In this document: positions 53,935 to 63,400 of the stretch, one piece after another
Numbering within the stretch: position 1 is the stretch's first letter
Layout: every line of letters starts with the position of its first letter
Origin: Nostoc sp.
Lineage (GTDB): Bacteria; Cyanobacteriota; Cyanobacteriia; Cyanobacteriales; Nostocaceae
NCBI GenBank assembly: GCA_036918135.1
Contig: JBALDB010000051.1
Span: 128,001-192,000 of the forward strand
Direction: 5' to 3'
Length of the DNA: 64,000 nt
Position numbers and translations under genes: made by a program
The notes under the pieces: generated by a model
Database searches by the model: none
Told to the model about the DNA's origin: nothing
Seen by the model: only the letters and a program-made list of their open reading frames with translations

Positions 53935-54222
53935 CCCTCACCCTCAATAAATATTGCAAGATAAATGTCTACACTCAACAACTATTGAGTGTAGTGAGCA
54001 GAATTGCTATCGACTATTTTGCAACGCATTGTCTCCCCTGATATTGATTATCATTCTAAATAATTGGTGATTTTATTATTTGGAAGTCCCTAAACACTAA
54101 AATTGCGAACCTCCATAAAGATGAAAGCTTTTAGGAAAGAGTGCAAGGGCACAGTCCATTCTGGCGACTGAATTCTTAGTTTTTTTAATTGTCTCCAGTT
54201 CCAATCAAAAACAATCTTCTAA

Positions 54223-57200
54223 CTAAAATTCTGCCAGAGATGATTTCAAGCGTTCTGCTAAGACTTGTAAATGAGGTTCCAAAATACATGTATAGTGATT
54301 ACCAGAAACATCAATAATTTTTATATCTTCTGCATCCAGAATAGAGAATAATTCCACCCATACAAGAGTTGGGTCGGAAGCCATAATATGCTTTTCTTTG
54401 GCTCTCAAGACAGTGACTTTTCCTGGATATGGCTGTGGCAGATAAGAATAAGTTGCTTTTAGCGTTCCAACTAACACATCAAGAATGCGTCGGTTTTGTT
54501 GGCTTTGATTTGATGGTGGTAATATCTTGACTTCTATTGCTTTGTCAAGGATGTAGTTAATTTGTTCGTTAATACTCAAGTGCTTAATTTCATCAGGTGT
54601 TACTAGATTATCTTGACCTGCTATTCCACCAAAATATCTGGAAAGAACACCAACCAAATAAGGAGCGTCAATTTTCTTGTTTTTATCCAAGAGAATTGGA
54701 ACATAAGAATCAACTATTACTAAAGATACTTCCTGTCCCTGTTTGTGTAATTGTTGTGCCATTTCATAGGCTACAACTCCCCCAAATGACCAACCACCAA
54801 CAGAGTAAGGGCCATTGGGCTGAAACTTCCTAATTGCTTGGATATACAAGCTTGCCATATCCTCGACTCGTGTGAGTGGTTCTTCTTCCCCATGAAACCC
54901 TTGCGCTTGCAAGCCATAAAATGGTTGGTCGTCACTGAGAGAATGCGCCAATTTGAAGTAACACATAACATGACCTCCAGCAGGATGTATGCAGAAAAAG
55001 GCTGGCTTGTTACCTTTTGGCTGGATGGGAACTAGGAGGGAGTTTTCAAAAGTATTAGAACTGGTATTAAGAAGATTTGCAAACTTTTCAATGGTGGGAT
55101 TGGTGAGGACTGCTGATAAGGGTAATTCCTTACCAAAGTGCTGCCCAATTGAAGCTATTAAGTAGATTGCTGAAAGAGAATTTCCACCGATTTCAAAGAA
55201 GTTATCTTTAACACCTATTGGCTGAATGTTTAAAATTTCTGACCAGATTTTTGCCAGTTTCCCTTCAGTATCATTGCGCGGTGCGACAAATTCATTGTGT
55301 TGGCTGAAGCTAGAAAGTGTTGGCTTTGGCAAAGCGCGACGGTTGACTTTTCCACTAGGAGTTAAGGGTAATGCTTCTAAGATTACAAAAGCTATTGGCA
55401 CCATGTAATCTGGTAGTTTCTGTTTGAGGAAATCGCGCAGGGTGTCAGGAGTTGGTTCTTCCTGTTTAGTAGTGATATAAGCTACTATTTGTTTTTCTGC
55501 TGATCGATCGCTACGGGTAATCACAACCGCTTCTCGCACTTGTGGATGAGCAGATAAAGCGTTTTCTATATCCCCAAGTTCGATCCGAAAACCTCGAATT
55601 TTTACTTGATTGTCTATTCGACTAACGTATTCAATATTGCCATCATCCAGGTAACGAGCTAAATCTCCTGTTCTGTAAAAACAGGAACCTTGCGAGAAAG
55701 GATTAGCAATAAACCGTTCAGCAGTGAGTTCAGGACGATTGAAGTAACCGCGTGCAACCCCAGCACCACCTATATACAATTCGCCCAAAACTCCGATGGG
55801 AACTGGTTGAAGATGGGAATCCAATATGTAAGTTTGTGTATTGGCGATCGGACGACCGATGGGGACTAAAGCATGAGATAGTTTCGCAGCTTCTACTTGA
55901 CAGACAGTTGACCAAATAGTCGTTTCAGTCGGTCCATACAAATTCCATACAGTATCACCTTTTTCCAATAAATGCTTTGCCAAGTCACTAGTTAAGCCTT
56001 CGCCACCGCAGAGAATTTTTAATTGAGGAGAACTAGTCCATCCAGCCGCAAGCAACATCCGCCAACTAGCTGGGGTGGCTTGCATAATCGTAGCACCAGA
56101 AGAATGAATTAGTTCTTTGAGTTGCCTGCCATCGCTAGCAACTTCTCGACTTCCTAATACCAACCTAGCACCCGTAATTAAAGGCAGATACAGCTCCAGG
56201 GCAGCAATATCAAATGATATTGTAGTCACTGCCAAAAGGACATCTGACTCTGCAATCCCAGGTTCTTGCTGCATAGATTTTAAGAAATTGACCACAGCAA
56301 CATGAGGAATTTCTACTCCTTTAGGCTTACCAGTTGAACCAGAGGTATAGATAACATAAGCCAGATTTTTAGCAGTTGCAGATGGTGCAGGATTATCTTT
56401 ACTATGACTCGCAATCTTTTCCTTATCTGTACGTAAATAGATGACTTTCCTATGTTCATCATCAGCAAATAATTTTTGATTATCAGTTAATAACACTGGC
56501 ACCTGAGAATCAGATAAGATTAATTCCAAGCGTTCTTGTGGATAACCTGGGTCTAAAGGTAAGTAAGCTGCGCCAGCTTTCAAGATACCCAAAAGTCCGA
56601 CCAGCATCTCTAAAGAACGCTCAACGCAGATACCTACTAAAACCTCTGGTTTAACTCCCAGTGTTTGTAAGTAGTGCGCGAGTTGATTTGCTTTTCTGTT
56701 GAGTTCACCATAGGTAAGCTGTTCTTCTAAAAAAGAGACTGCGATCGCATCACTGTTTCGCTCTACCTGTGCTTCTATTAATTGGTGGAGACATATACTC
56801 AAGTCATAATCAGTCCTAGTCGCATTCCATTCAACCAGTATTTTCTCTTGTTCCTTCTGACTCAGCAATGGTAACTGAGCTACTGGCTGTTCTGGATTTG
56901 ATACAATACTTTCTAATAAATTCTGGAAATGTTCGCTTAGATGAGCAACTGTCGTTTCATCTAACAAATTACTGTTGTACTTAAAGGAACTCTGTAATGA
57001 TTCAGAAAACTCAATGACTTCTAAGCTTAAATCAAATTCTACTTGTTGCTGGGGTAGTTGTCGGTACTCTAGTTCGAGTTGACCACCATTTGCATTCTGT
57101 TGATTGCCTGCCACCTCGAATAATTGTGATATGTCTTCCAGTCTATTGACATTTTGGAAAGTAAATGAAGCTTGACAAATAGGTGAATGGCTTGAATCAG

Positions 57201-57702
57201 ACTTTGACTGTAATTCTCTTACCAATAGAGCAAACGGATAGTCTAGATACTCCCTTACTTCTAAAACAGTCTGACTAACTTGTTTCAAAAAGTTTTGAAA
57301 TGATGTATTGTCTGAAATCAAATCTCGTGAAACAACTACATTAGCAAAGTTGCTCACAACTTTTGTCGATTCCGGTCTATCATGCTGAGTTAGTAGCAAA
57401 CCAACAAGAATATCTTTTTCATTTGTATAACGGTAAAGCAGAACTTTAAATGCTGCTAAAAGAAGGGTATCAATGTTAACTCTTTCACTATTTGCTAGTT
57501 GTTTGAGTAACGCGGTTAGTCTATTGTTGATGACAAAAGTATAAGAGGAGCAATTGTAAGTTTTTATAGAAAAGCGAGGTGAACTAGTGGGGAACTTGAG
57601 TAAAGGTAATTTACCAGATAAGTATTTTTCCCAATATTCTTTAAGTTCTAAGTTAGAAAATGACGCTTTCATGCTTAACAATTTATTCCTGTGTAATTGC
57701 AC
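54223..57702 (-). CDS. mysE: Single-module NRPS-like enzyme (partial C - A - T - TE), MysE-like, A domain with a glycine code
   Basis: YTSGSTGKPKG, NLYGPTE, YRTGDL, PCP GGNSL and TE GWSFG. The TE and the A-domain N-terminus closely resemble the shinorine NRPS Ava_3855 as recalled (CIHPAGGHV.CYFKLA, RRILDVLVGTLKATYSY, KHIMA.DPTLVWVELFS). Confidence 0.8.
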   Translation of the reverse strand: MQLHRNKLLSMKASFSNLELKEYWEKYLSGKLPLLKFPTSSPRFSIKTYNCSSYTFVINNRLTALLKQLANSERVNIDTLLLAAFKVLLYRYTNEKDILVGLLLTQHDRPESTKVVSNFANVVVSRDLISDNTSFQNFLKQVSQTVLEVREYLDYPFALLVRELQSKSDSSHSPICQASFTFQNVNRLEDISQLFEVAGNQQNANGGQLELEYRQLPQQQVEFDLSLEVIEFSESLQSSFKYNSNLLDETTVAHLSEHFQNLLESIVSNPEQPVAQLPLLSQKEQEKILVEWNATRTDYDLSICLHQLIEAQVERNSDAIAVSFLEEQLTYGELNRKANQLAHYLQTLGVKPEVLVGICVERSLEMLVGLLGILKAGAAYLPLDPGYPQERLELILSDSQVPVLLTDNQKLFADDEHRKVIYLRTDKEKIASHSKDNPAPSATAKNLAYVIYTSGSTGKPKGVEIPHVAVVNFLKSMQQEPGIAESDVLLAVTTISFDIAALELYLPLITGARLVLGSREVASDGRQLKELIHSSGATIMQATPASWRMLLAAGWTSSPQLKILCGGEGLTSDLAKHLLEKGDTVWNLYGPTETTIWSTVCQVEAAKLSHALVPIGRPIANTQTYILDSHLQPVPIGVLGELYIGGAGVARGYFNRPELTAERFIANPFSQGSCFYRTGDLARYLDDGNIEYVSRIDNQVKIRGFRIELGDIENALSAHPQVREAVVITRSDRSAEKQIVAYITTKQEEPTPDTLRDFLKQKLPDYMVPIAFVILEALPLTPSGKVNRRALPKPTLSSFSQHNEFVAPRNDTEGKLAKIWSEILNIQPIGVKDNFFEIGGNSLSAIYLIASIGQHFGKELPLSAVLTNPTIEKFANLLNTSSNTFENSLLVPIQPKGNKPAFFCIHPAGGHVMCYFKLAHSLSDDQPFYGLQAQGFHGEEEPLTRVEDMASLYIQAIRKFQPNGPYSVGGWSFGGVVAYEMAQQLHKQGQEVSLVIVDSYVPILLDKNKKIDAPYLVGVLSRYFGGIAGQDNLVTPDEIKHLSINEQINYILDKAIEVKILPPSNQSQQNRRILDVLVGTLKATYSYLPQPYPGKVTVLRAKEKHIMASDPTLVWVELFSILDAEDIKIIDVSGNHYTCILEPHLQVLAERLKSSLAEF

Positions 57703-57754
57703 TGACTATTAATTTTGGTTTTTAAGTACCGATGATGCTAAAGTTTTTCCACAC

Positions 57755-58111
57755 TCATGCTATCAGCAACGATCGCCGAAAAAACGAGGATACATCACCA
57801 CCCACGATCGCGATGGGCAAAGCCCCGCCTTTGGCGATCGCATCCTGGAACTGATGAGCCGCATTAAGCTTGCCACCGATCATCCCCTCCTCGATAGCGA
57901 CCTCGTTTGGTACGCCACCCAGTCCCTCATTATGACACGGGACGGCTTGCTGCGTGGGGCGGCGATGCCAAAACCAATTGGTGAATGCTTTTTCGTCAAT
58001 GATTTGACCTGTGAAGAACTCGATGCTGCTCTCAATGACCACAAGTACATTTGTGCCGCCTATACCCAGGCCGATGCTAGAATAAACGCTTACGCGGGAA
58101 GTCGCAAATAA
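57755..58111 (+). pseudogene. GC-rich gene fragment of unknown origin
   Basis: Visibly more GC-rich than its flanks. The frame is open from about 57713 with no start codon until 57854. Confidence 0.35.
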
Positions 58112-58231
58112 ACCTTAGTTGAGAGTGGAACAAATGTCTAGTGTTGTGAACGAGGAGAAAGCTCAAAGCGTCACGCTGCTAGGTATTAGCTCTACCATGA
58201 AGTTTGGTGGCTCAATTCAATCAGGTAACTA

Positions 58232-59455
58232 ATGTCCAACACTACTAAGCAAGATTCGATGACAATACAGCAACTTATTGGCATCATGATCCTGTTTTAC
58301 TTAATTCAAACTTACGGATGTTATCCAGGACTTTTCGGTCTTCCACTGACCATTTATCTTAAAGAGAGCCTTGGACTTTCACCAGCACAGTTAGCATCCT
58401 TCAGCACTTTAATTTTCATTCCCTGGTTAATTAGACCACTTTACGGAATCATTGCAGATGCCGTTTCATTATTTGGCTATCAGTTCAAAAGCTACTTTTT
58501 TATCTGCTATGCGCTAGCTCTTGCCGTCTTGTTAGGTTTAGGAGTCTTTCAATTTAACACAATTTTCCTACTAGCGATCGGTCTAATTTTAGTCAACTTA
58601 TTCATAGCCTTTAGCGACGTACTAACAGATAAAATAATGGTCGTTCAAGGCAGGATTTTAAACAACACGGCTCGCTTACAGGCAGCTCAATGGACATCTT
58701 TAAGTTTTGGTCAAGCTCTAATGTATTATATCGGCGGATGGCTTGCTCAAAATTCTAATCTATCAATGGCGTTTCTGCTCACTGCAATTGTACCGTTGAT
58801 TGGTTTAGTTGCAACCTTCCTATTATTTGCAGATGAGAAAAAAGAGCGAACAAATGTTTCAGTTAAAAGTAATCTGAAATCTATTTGGTTAGCAGTAAAG
58901 TCGCGACGGTTTCTCGCTGTTCTGGGCTTTATTGCTTGCCTTGAGTTCACTCTCGTCCCACCTTTGGTAAATTACCTTGTCTATTACTACAAGGATGCTT
59001 TGAAGTTTGACGCTCAATTTATAGGGATTTTGGGTACATTTGAAGCTTTGGCTAATGGTGTAGGCGCTCTCGTTTTTGGTATCTTTGCCTTTAGGATTTC
59101 CCGACAGCTACTACTAAATTTAGCAATTGGCTTAACTACCGTTTCTACCATTGGTTTATTATTTATACACAATACACAGAGCGCTATCTTGGTTAGTATA
59201 TTTTTTGGATTTTTTGCCATGATAGCCATGCTGGGTGTCTTAGAAATTGCAGCAAGATCTTGTCCTGTTGGTGCAGAAGGTGCAACCTACGCAATGCTAA
59301 TGTCAGTTTATAATCTGGTTAAACAACCGGGTCCCATTTTAGGAGGTTACTTATATAGTTGGGGAGTTCCAGTTTACATTCTTGTCATTATCAGTGCCGT
59401 ATTTACAATGCTTTGCTGGTTTCTAATTCCTCTACTGAAATTAGAGCAAGAGTAA
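58232..59455 (+). CDS. MFS transporter, folate-biopterin (BT1/FBT)-like
   Basis: YLKESLGLSPAQ, IPWLIRPLYG..AD...FGY and CPVGAEGATYAMLMSVYN; about 12 transmembrane segments. Confidence 0.82.
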   Translation: MSNTTKQDSMTIQQLIGIMILFYLIQTYGCYPGLFGLPLTIYLKESLGLSPAQLASFSTLIFIPWLIRPLYGIIADAVSLFGYQFKSYFFICYALALAVLLGLGVFQFNTIFLLAIGLILVNLFIAFSDVLTDKIMVVQGRILNNTARLQAAQWTSLSFGQALMYYIGGWLAQNSNLSMAFLLTAIVPLIGLVATFLLFADEKKERTNVSVKSNLKSIWLAVKSRRFLAVLGFIACLEFTLVPPLVNYLVYYYKDALKFDAQFIGILGTFEALANGVGALVFGIFAFRISRQLLLNLAIGLTTVSTIGLLFIHNTQSAILVSIFFGFFAMIAMLGVLEIAARSCPVGAEGATYAMLMSVYNLVKQPGPILGGYLYSWGVPVYILVIISAVFTMLCWFLIPLLKLEQE

Positions 59456-59549
59456 TTAAGCACGAAGAGTAACAATTTTTTTTAAAAGGCACGCGGCTCG
59501 CATCTATTGAATCAGTAACAATAGGGGTAATGCTTAAGCTCTGTCCAAC

Positions 59550-59725
59550 CTAGTACCGCAAGGCGGAAGTCAAAAGTCAAAAGTATTATTGAATAAGCTC
59601 TTTAGGGATTTTAAATGGTGAACCAGCGCTACAGGAGGGTTAGCCCGACCTAGGCGACTGGTGTTAGCGCAGCGGTAGCGAGGAACGAGCGTCAGGGTTG
59701 CCCTATTTACGCTGCTCTGTACTAG
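59550..59725. mobile_element. MITE (CTAGTAC...GTACTAG ends) with a nested SDR-like insertion
   Basis: Terminal inverted repeats, AAGTCAA heptamer duplication and an internal GC-rich hairpin block at about 59620-59695. Confidence 0.55.
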
Positions 59726-59730
59726 TGATT

Positions 59731-60912
59731 TCAACGACTTGTTAATAAAGCGGGTTTGAAATCGTGAATGTTGCACATATTCCCAAAAGCAGTCAGGATT
59801 TTTCGCTTCAGTTTAGTATTGAGTCTACTATGAGCAACTTGTAGGTTATCGATTACGAGAATATCGCCTTGCTTCCACTGAAATATGACTGCATTTTTCC
59901 ATTCAGCTTGCCCCAACTCTTTCGCTTCTGCTTCCGTCATATTGATGCTTTGACCATCTTTGTTCAAAAAATATGCGTTCAAAGTACTGGTTCGTTTTTG
60001 CAAACCATCAACAACAGTTGCTGCTGTTGTTGTTCTTTGTTGAATATTTTTGTACAATCTGGCTGGCAGCAAGTTGTAGTAGAGCCTTTGTTTAAATGAA
60101 TACCGTTGCCCAATATTTCGATACCATTCTCTACTAACTAAACAATCAACAATACTAAGGCAAAAGCAGAGTCTACTCGTTCTTGGATGACTGAATAAGG
60201 GAATATAAGAACATTCAAAAGAAATAGAGCCATCCTCTTGCCAGTTAAAATCAAATTCTTGTTCTTGGAGAAGTTTGGCGATCTCCTCTGGCGAGAGATC
60301 CTCGAAGACCATTTCTAATAGATGGTTTGGAACATATCGCACAAACTGCTGAGGAAAGTTTGCAATTTTGTGCTGTAAGCTGGGAGATAAGTCATAAAAT
60401 AGCTTTTCTGTATTGATGATGGGAGTCTCCCCATACAAGTCGGGCTGAACTTGACAAAAGAAAGCAAGTACACTCGGTCGCACCGGCACCATATTGAGTT
60501 CATTGTGAGGAGCTATAATCACATCTGGTGGAGCTTCAGAAGAGGTGAAGACTTTATCAGTTATTCGTACACGATGAGCGCTGCCAAAATGATAAACTGA
60601 CTCCAGTTGGATATTCAATAGCTCTAGGGCTTTTTGAAATTGCTCTGCACCTTCAACCTCAAATCCCCGAAACAAAATCGCTCCGTATGTATCTAGTTGT
60701 TTATTGAACCAGTCACCACTTTCCTTCAGCAATGCTTTGAGAACTGCAAAGGATTTTTCTTTGACTGGCTCAATAACTAGAGGTAGTTCTTTTTCAGTAC
60801 TGCTAACAGTTTTCTCATGATCCTGCAAAAACCGTAATCTCATATCTGAAGAAATTGAAGTTGGGAGATTATGGATAGTATTCATAGAGTGAAAAAATGA
60901 TATATTTAACAA
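59731..60912 (-). CDS. TauD/TfdA (clavaminate synthase-like) Fe(II)/2-oxoglutarate dioxygenase
   Basis: YGAILFRGF, H-x-E (PHNEL), GETP and WKQGDILVIDN..VAHSR. Confidence 0.88.
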   Translation of the reverse strand: MLNISFFHSMNTIHNLPTSISSDMRLRFLQDHEKTVSSTEKELPLVIEPVKEKSFAVLKALLKESGDWFNKQLDTYGAILFRGFEVEGAEQFQKALELLNIQLESVYHFGSAHRVRITDKVFTSSEAPPDVIIAPHNELNMVPVRPSVLAFFCQVQPDLYGETPIINTEKLFYDLSPSLQHKIANFPQQFVRYVPNHLLEMVFEDLSPEEIAKLLQEQEFDFNWQEDGSISFECSYIPLFSHPRTSRLCFCLSIVDCLVSREWYRNIGQRYSFKQRLYYNLLPARLYKNIQQRTTTAATVVDGLQKRTSTLNAYFLNKDGQSINMTEAEAKELGQAEWKNAVIFQWKQGDILVIDNLQVAHSRLNTKLKRKILTAFGNMCNIHDFKPALLTSR

Positions 60913-60952
60913 TCGACCAATAACCTTTCTCTTCCCCCATTCTCCAATCTCT

Positions 60953-61927
60953 CTACATAGCTGATTCTACCTCTTTCTTAATAGCAAATTCGCTAGATGA
61001 AGTTAAATATACCCCTGAAATAATCACAACAAAACTTATCAATGTAGACCAGTTGAGGCTTTCCGAAAAGATAATCCAAGCTTGCAGGGAGCTAAAGACG
61101 GGAACAAACAGATCGCATAAGGAGACAAATCCTGAAGATAACTTGTTGAGACTATAGGCATAAAGTCCCAAGCCTATTATTTGGCATATCAGGGCTAGGC
61201 AAATCACGTAAAACCACCCACCCAACGAATAGGGGAAAAGCCTATCTTCTGTGAGTAAAGCGATAGGCAAAAGTAACACCGAGCCGATCGCAGAACACCA
61301 TGTCATGATTATTGTCGGACTCAATTGACTTCGTAGTTGTTCCACGATGAGTGGATAGAAACCAAGAAACACAGCTGATAGTAATGCCATTAGATCTCCT
61401 TGGAGTTTGTCACTCGTCAAGGAAATATCATTGTATACTATAATACCAGCGCCAGCAATAGCTACAAACATACCGATAAGGAATTTACCATTAAAGCGCT
61501 TCCCAAAAATCAGCCATCCTCCTAAGACAGTGAACAGTGGAGCCAAATAGTGCATGAGCGTAGCGTTAGCGACGTTGGTCTGAGTTAGTGACAAAGCCCA
61601 CAGACTAAGAGTAGCAAATATGACAATACCTCCTCCGATTAAGAGCAAAATTAGCCGGATTGGGTAAAGTTGTAGTTTTTCCGGTTGGCTATTAGATAGT
61701 CGCAGACACGCAGCTGCGAATCCATTCCACAGCACTAAGGCGACAGTAGAGATCCAAAAGCGATTAAAGATTGTAACATTTGGACCGAGTTCGCCTTCAC
61801 TCAAGCGGATCAGAATTGGTGAGAAAGATAAGGCTACTAAGCTGACTACCAATGAAGCAACTGCTGCGGTAGTTGGTGTTGCTAATAACTGTTCGTATGG
61901 GAATTTCAGTTTAGCTTTGAGCATCAA
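60953..61927 (-). CDS. DMT/EamA-family transporter
   Basis: About 10 hydrophobic segments in two EamA repeats. Confidence 0.88.
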   Translation of the reverse strand: MMLKAKLKFPYEQLLATPTTAAVASLVVSLVALSFSPILIRLSEGELGPNVTIFNRFWISTVALVLWNGFAAACLRLSNSQPEKLQLYPIRLILLLIGGGIVIFATLSLWALSLTQTNVANATLMHYLAPLFTVLGGWLIFGKRFNGKFLIGMFVAIAGAGIIVYNDISLTSDKLQGDLMALLSAVFLGFYPLIVEQLRSQLSPTIIMTWCSAIGSVLLLPIALLTEDRLFPYSLGGWFYVICLALICQIIGLGLYAYSLNKLSSGFVSLCDLFVPVFSSLQAWIIFSESLNWSTLISFVVIISGVYLTSSSEFAIKKEVESAM

Positions 61928-62278
61928 TATTTTCCAATAACGTGACTAGGTGTAAGTAGGTCGGTGTAAATATTTATCGTTGGGATGAGGCAGGAGGCAG
62001 CTATGCTGGAGGCAGGAGGGAAGAGGGTTTGAGTCTATTTAATTTTTCTTAACATAGTTCGGTTTTTCCACATCGTTCTACTTACTTAATCTTTCTGGCT
62101 ACTTTGTTGCCTTGTTTAGTCAATTAAAGTAATACATGTATACTAATTATCCTCACATCTAGCTGTTATGTCAAAAAACTACGTTCACACAAAATTTAAG
62201 TATAAATACTTAATAAACGAGACAGTGATTTGAGAAAATTGTTATCATAAAATATTGCACCAAATTCAAATCATGCCG

Positions 62279-62312
62279 GGATATGTCTTGTAGCAAGCCA
62301 AAAGACATATCC
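62279..62312. terminator. Stem-loop downstream of the methyltransferase gene
   Basis: GGATATGTCTT / AAGACATATCC 11-bp stem. Confidence 0.5.
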
Positions 62313-62359
62313 GTAATTTTGGCAGTGGATGTAAAACTTTGTTTGTATTTGTGCGAGGC

Positions 62360-63400
62360 TCAAAACACTGTGCTAAATTCCATCACCGTCAGGCTAGTTC
62401 CCGTGTAAATAACTTTTTCGAGTTGAAAGCCACTAGTTTCAAACAACTCCTTATACTCTTGTTCCGTGCGCCAGTAACCCCCAGGATTTGTTACCATCAT
62501 CTGAACTGCGGCAAGGGCTGGGATAGTGCCATCTTGATATTCTACTGGCGCACCACGAGGTGGAACAAGTGTCTGTAGAAGTACAACCTTACCTTGTTTT
62601 GGGAGAGCTTTTTTACACCCAGTTAGTACTTTAATTGTGTCTTGCGAACTGAATACGGAAAGAAAATACTTCATCACGATCGCATCTGCACCCTTTGGTA
62701 TCTCCTCCAAGGCATTACCACCAATGACTTTCACTTCATTTTCGTCGAGTCCCTGCTTTGATAGGTAATCTGGTGCTGTCTCAACCTCATGCGGTAAATC
62801 AAACAATATACCTTTACAGCCAAATTTTTTGACAATATAGGCAATCAGTGCCCCTTGATTGCCTCCAACGTCCATAACTGTATCAAATTGACCGAAATCA
62901 TAGACCTCAAACAGCGAATCAATTGCTTGATTCGTTAAAAAGCTCATGGCATTGTTGAACAGATTTCTGCTATCAGGGTTTTCCGTCATGAAGAATTCGT
63001 AGAATTTCTTGCCATGCGCCCTCTCAAAAGCTACTTCCCCTGTTTTCAAGGAATCCCCTAGTTCCCTCCAAGCATTCCACATACAGGGTTCTGTAATATG
63101 CATTAGAAAATGTCCAACAGAAGGTTCTGCATTTGTAATCAGCAGTTGGGAGAGTTCTGTTGCTGCAAATACACGTCCGGGCTTTTCTACGAACACCCCT
63201 AAATGAGCTAAAGCACGGAGAAGAACATAAAGAGTTTCTACTTTCGTAGAGGTTGCTTTTGCTATTGCTTCTACAGTCATTGGTTGGGACTGTAAGAGGT
63301 TAGGTATACCTAAATTTGTTGCTATATAAAGGCACTGGCTTTGCCAGTAACCATAGATCATTTGAGCAAGCTTCTTGGATGCTGAAGTAGTTCCTAACAA
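62360..63400 (-). CDS. SAM-dependent methyltransferase (COMT/Methyltransf_2 type with N-terminal dimerisation domain)
   Basis: Winged-helix N-terminus, FNNAM, VMDVGGNQG, GILFDLP and RTEQEYKELF. Confidence 0.9.
   Translation of the reverse strand: MLGTTSASKKLAQMIYGYWQSQCLYIATNLGIPNLLQSQPMTVEAIAKATSTKVETLYVLLRALAHLGVFVEKPGRVFAATELSQLLITNAEPSVGHFLMHITEPCMWNAWRELGDSLKTGEVAFERAHGKKFYEFFMTENPDSRNLFNNAMSFLTNQAIDSLFEVYDFGQFDTVMDVGGNQGALIAYIVKKFGCKGILFDLPHEVETAPDYLSKQGLDENEVKVIGGNALEEIPKGADAIVMKYFLSVFSSQDTIKVLTGCKKALPKQGKVVLLQTLVPPRGAPVEYQDGTIPALAAVQMMVTNPGGYWRTEQEYKELFETSGFQLEKVIYTGTSLTVMEFSTVF

Noticed and set aside
62360..63400. MysB O-methyltransferase
   Set aside because: The architecture is COMT/Methyltransf_2 with a dimerisation domain, not the CCoAOMT-like MysB type, and no mysA is adjacent in the window.
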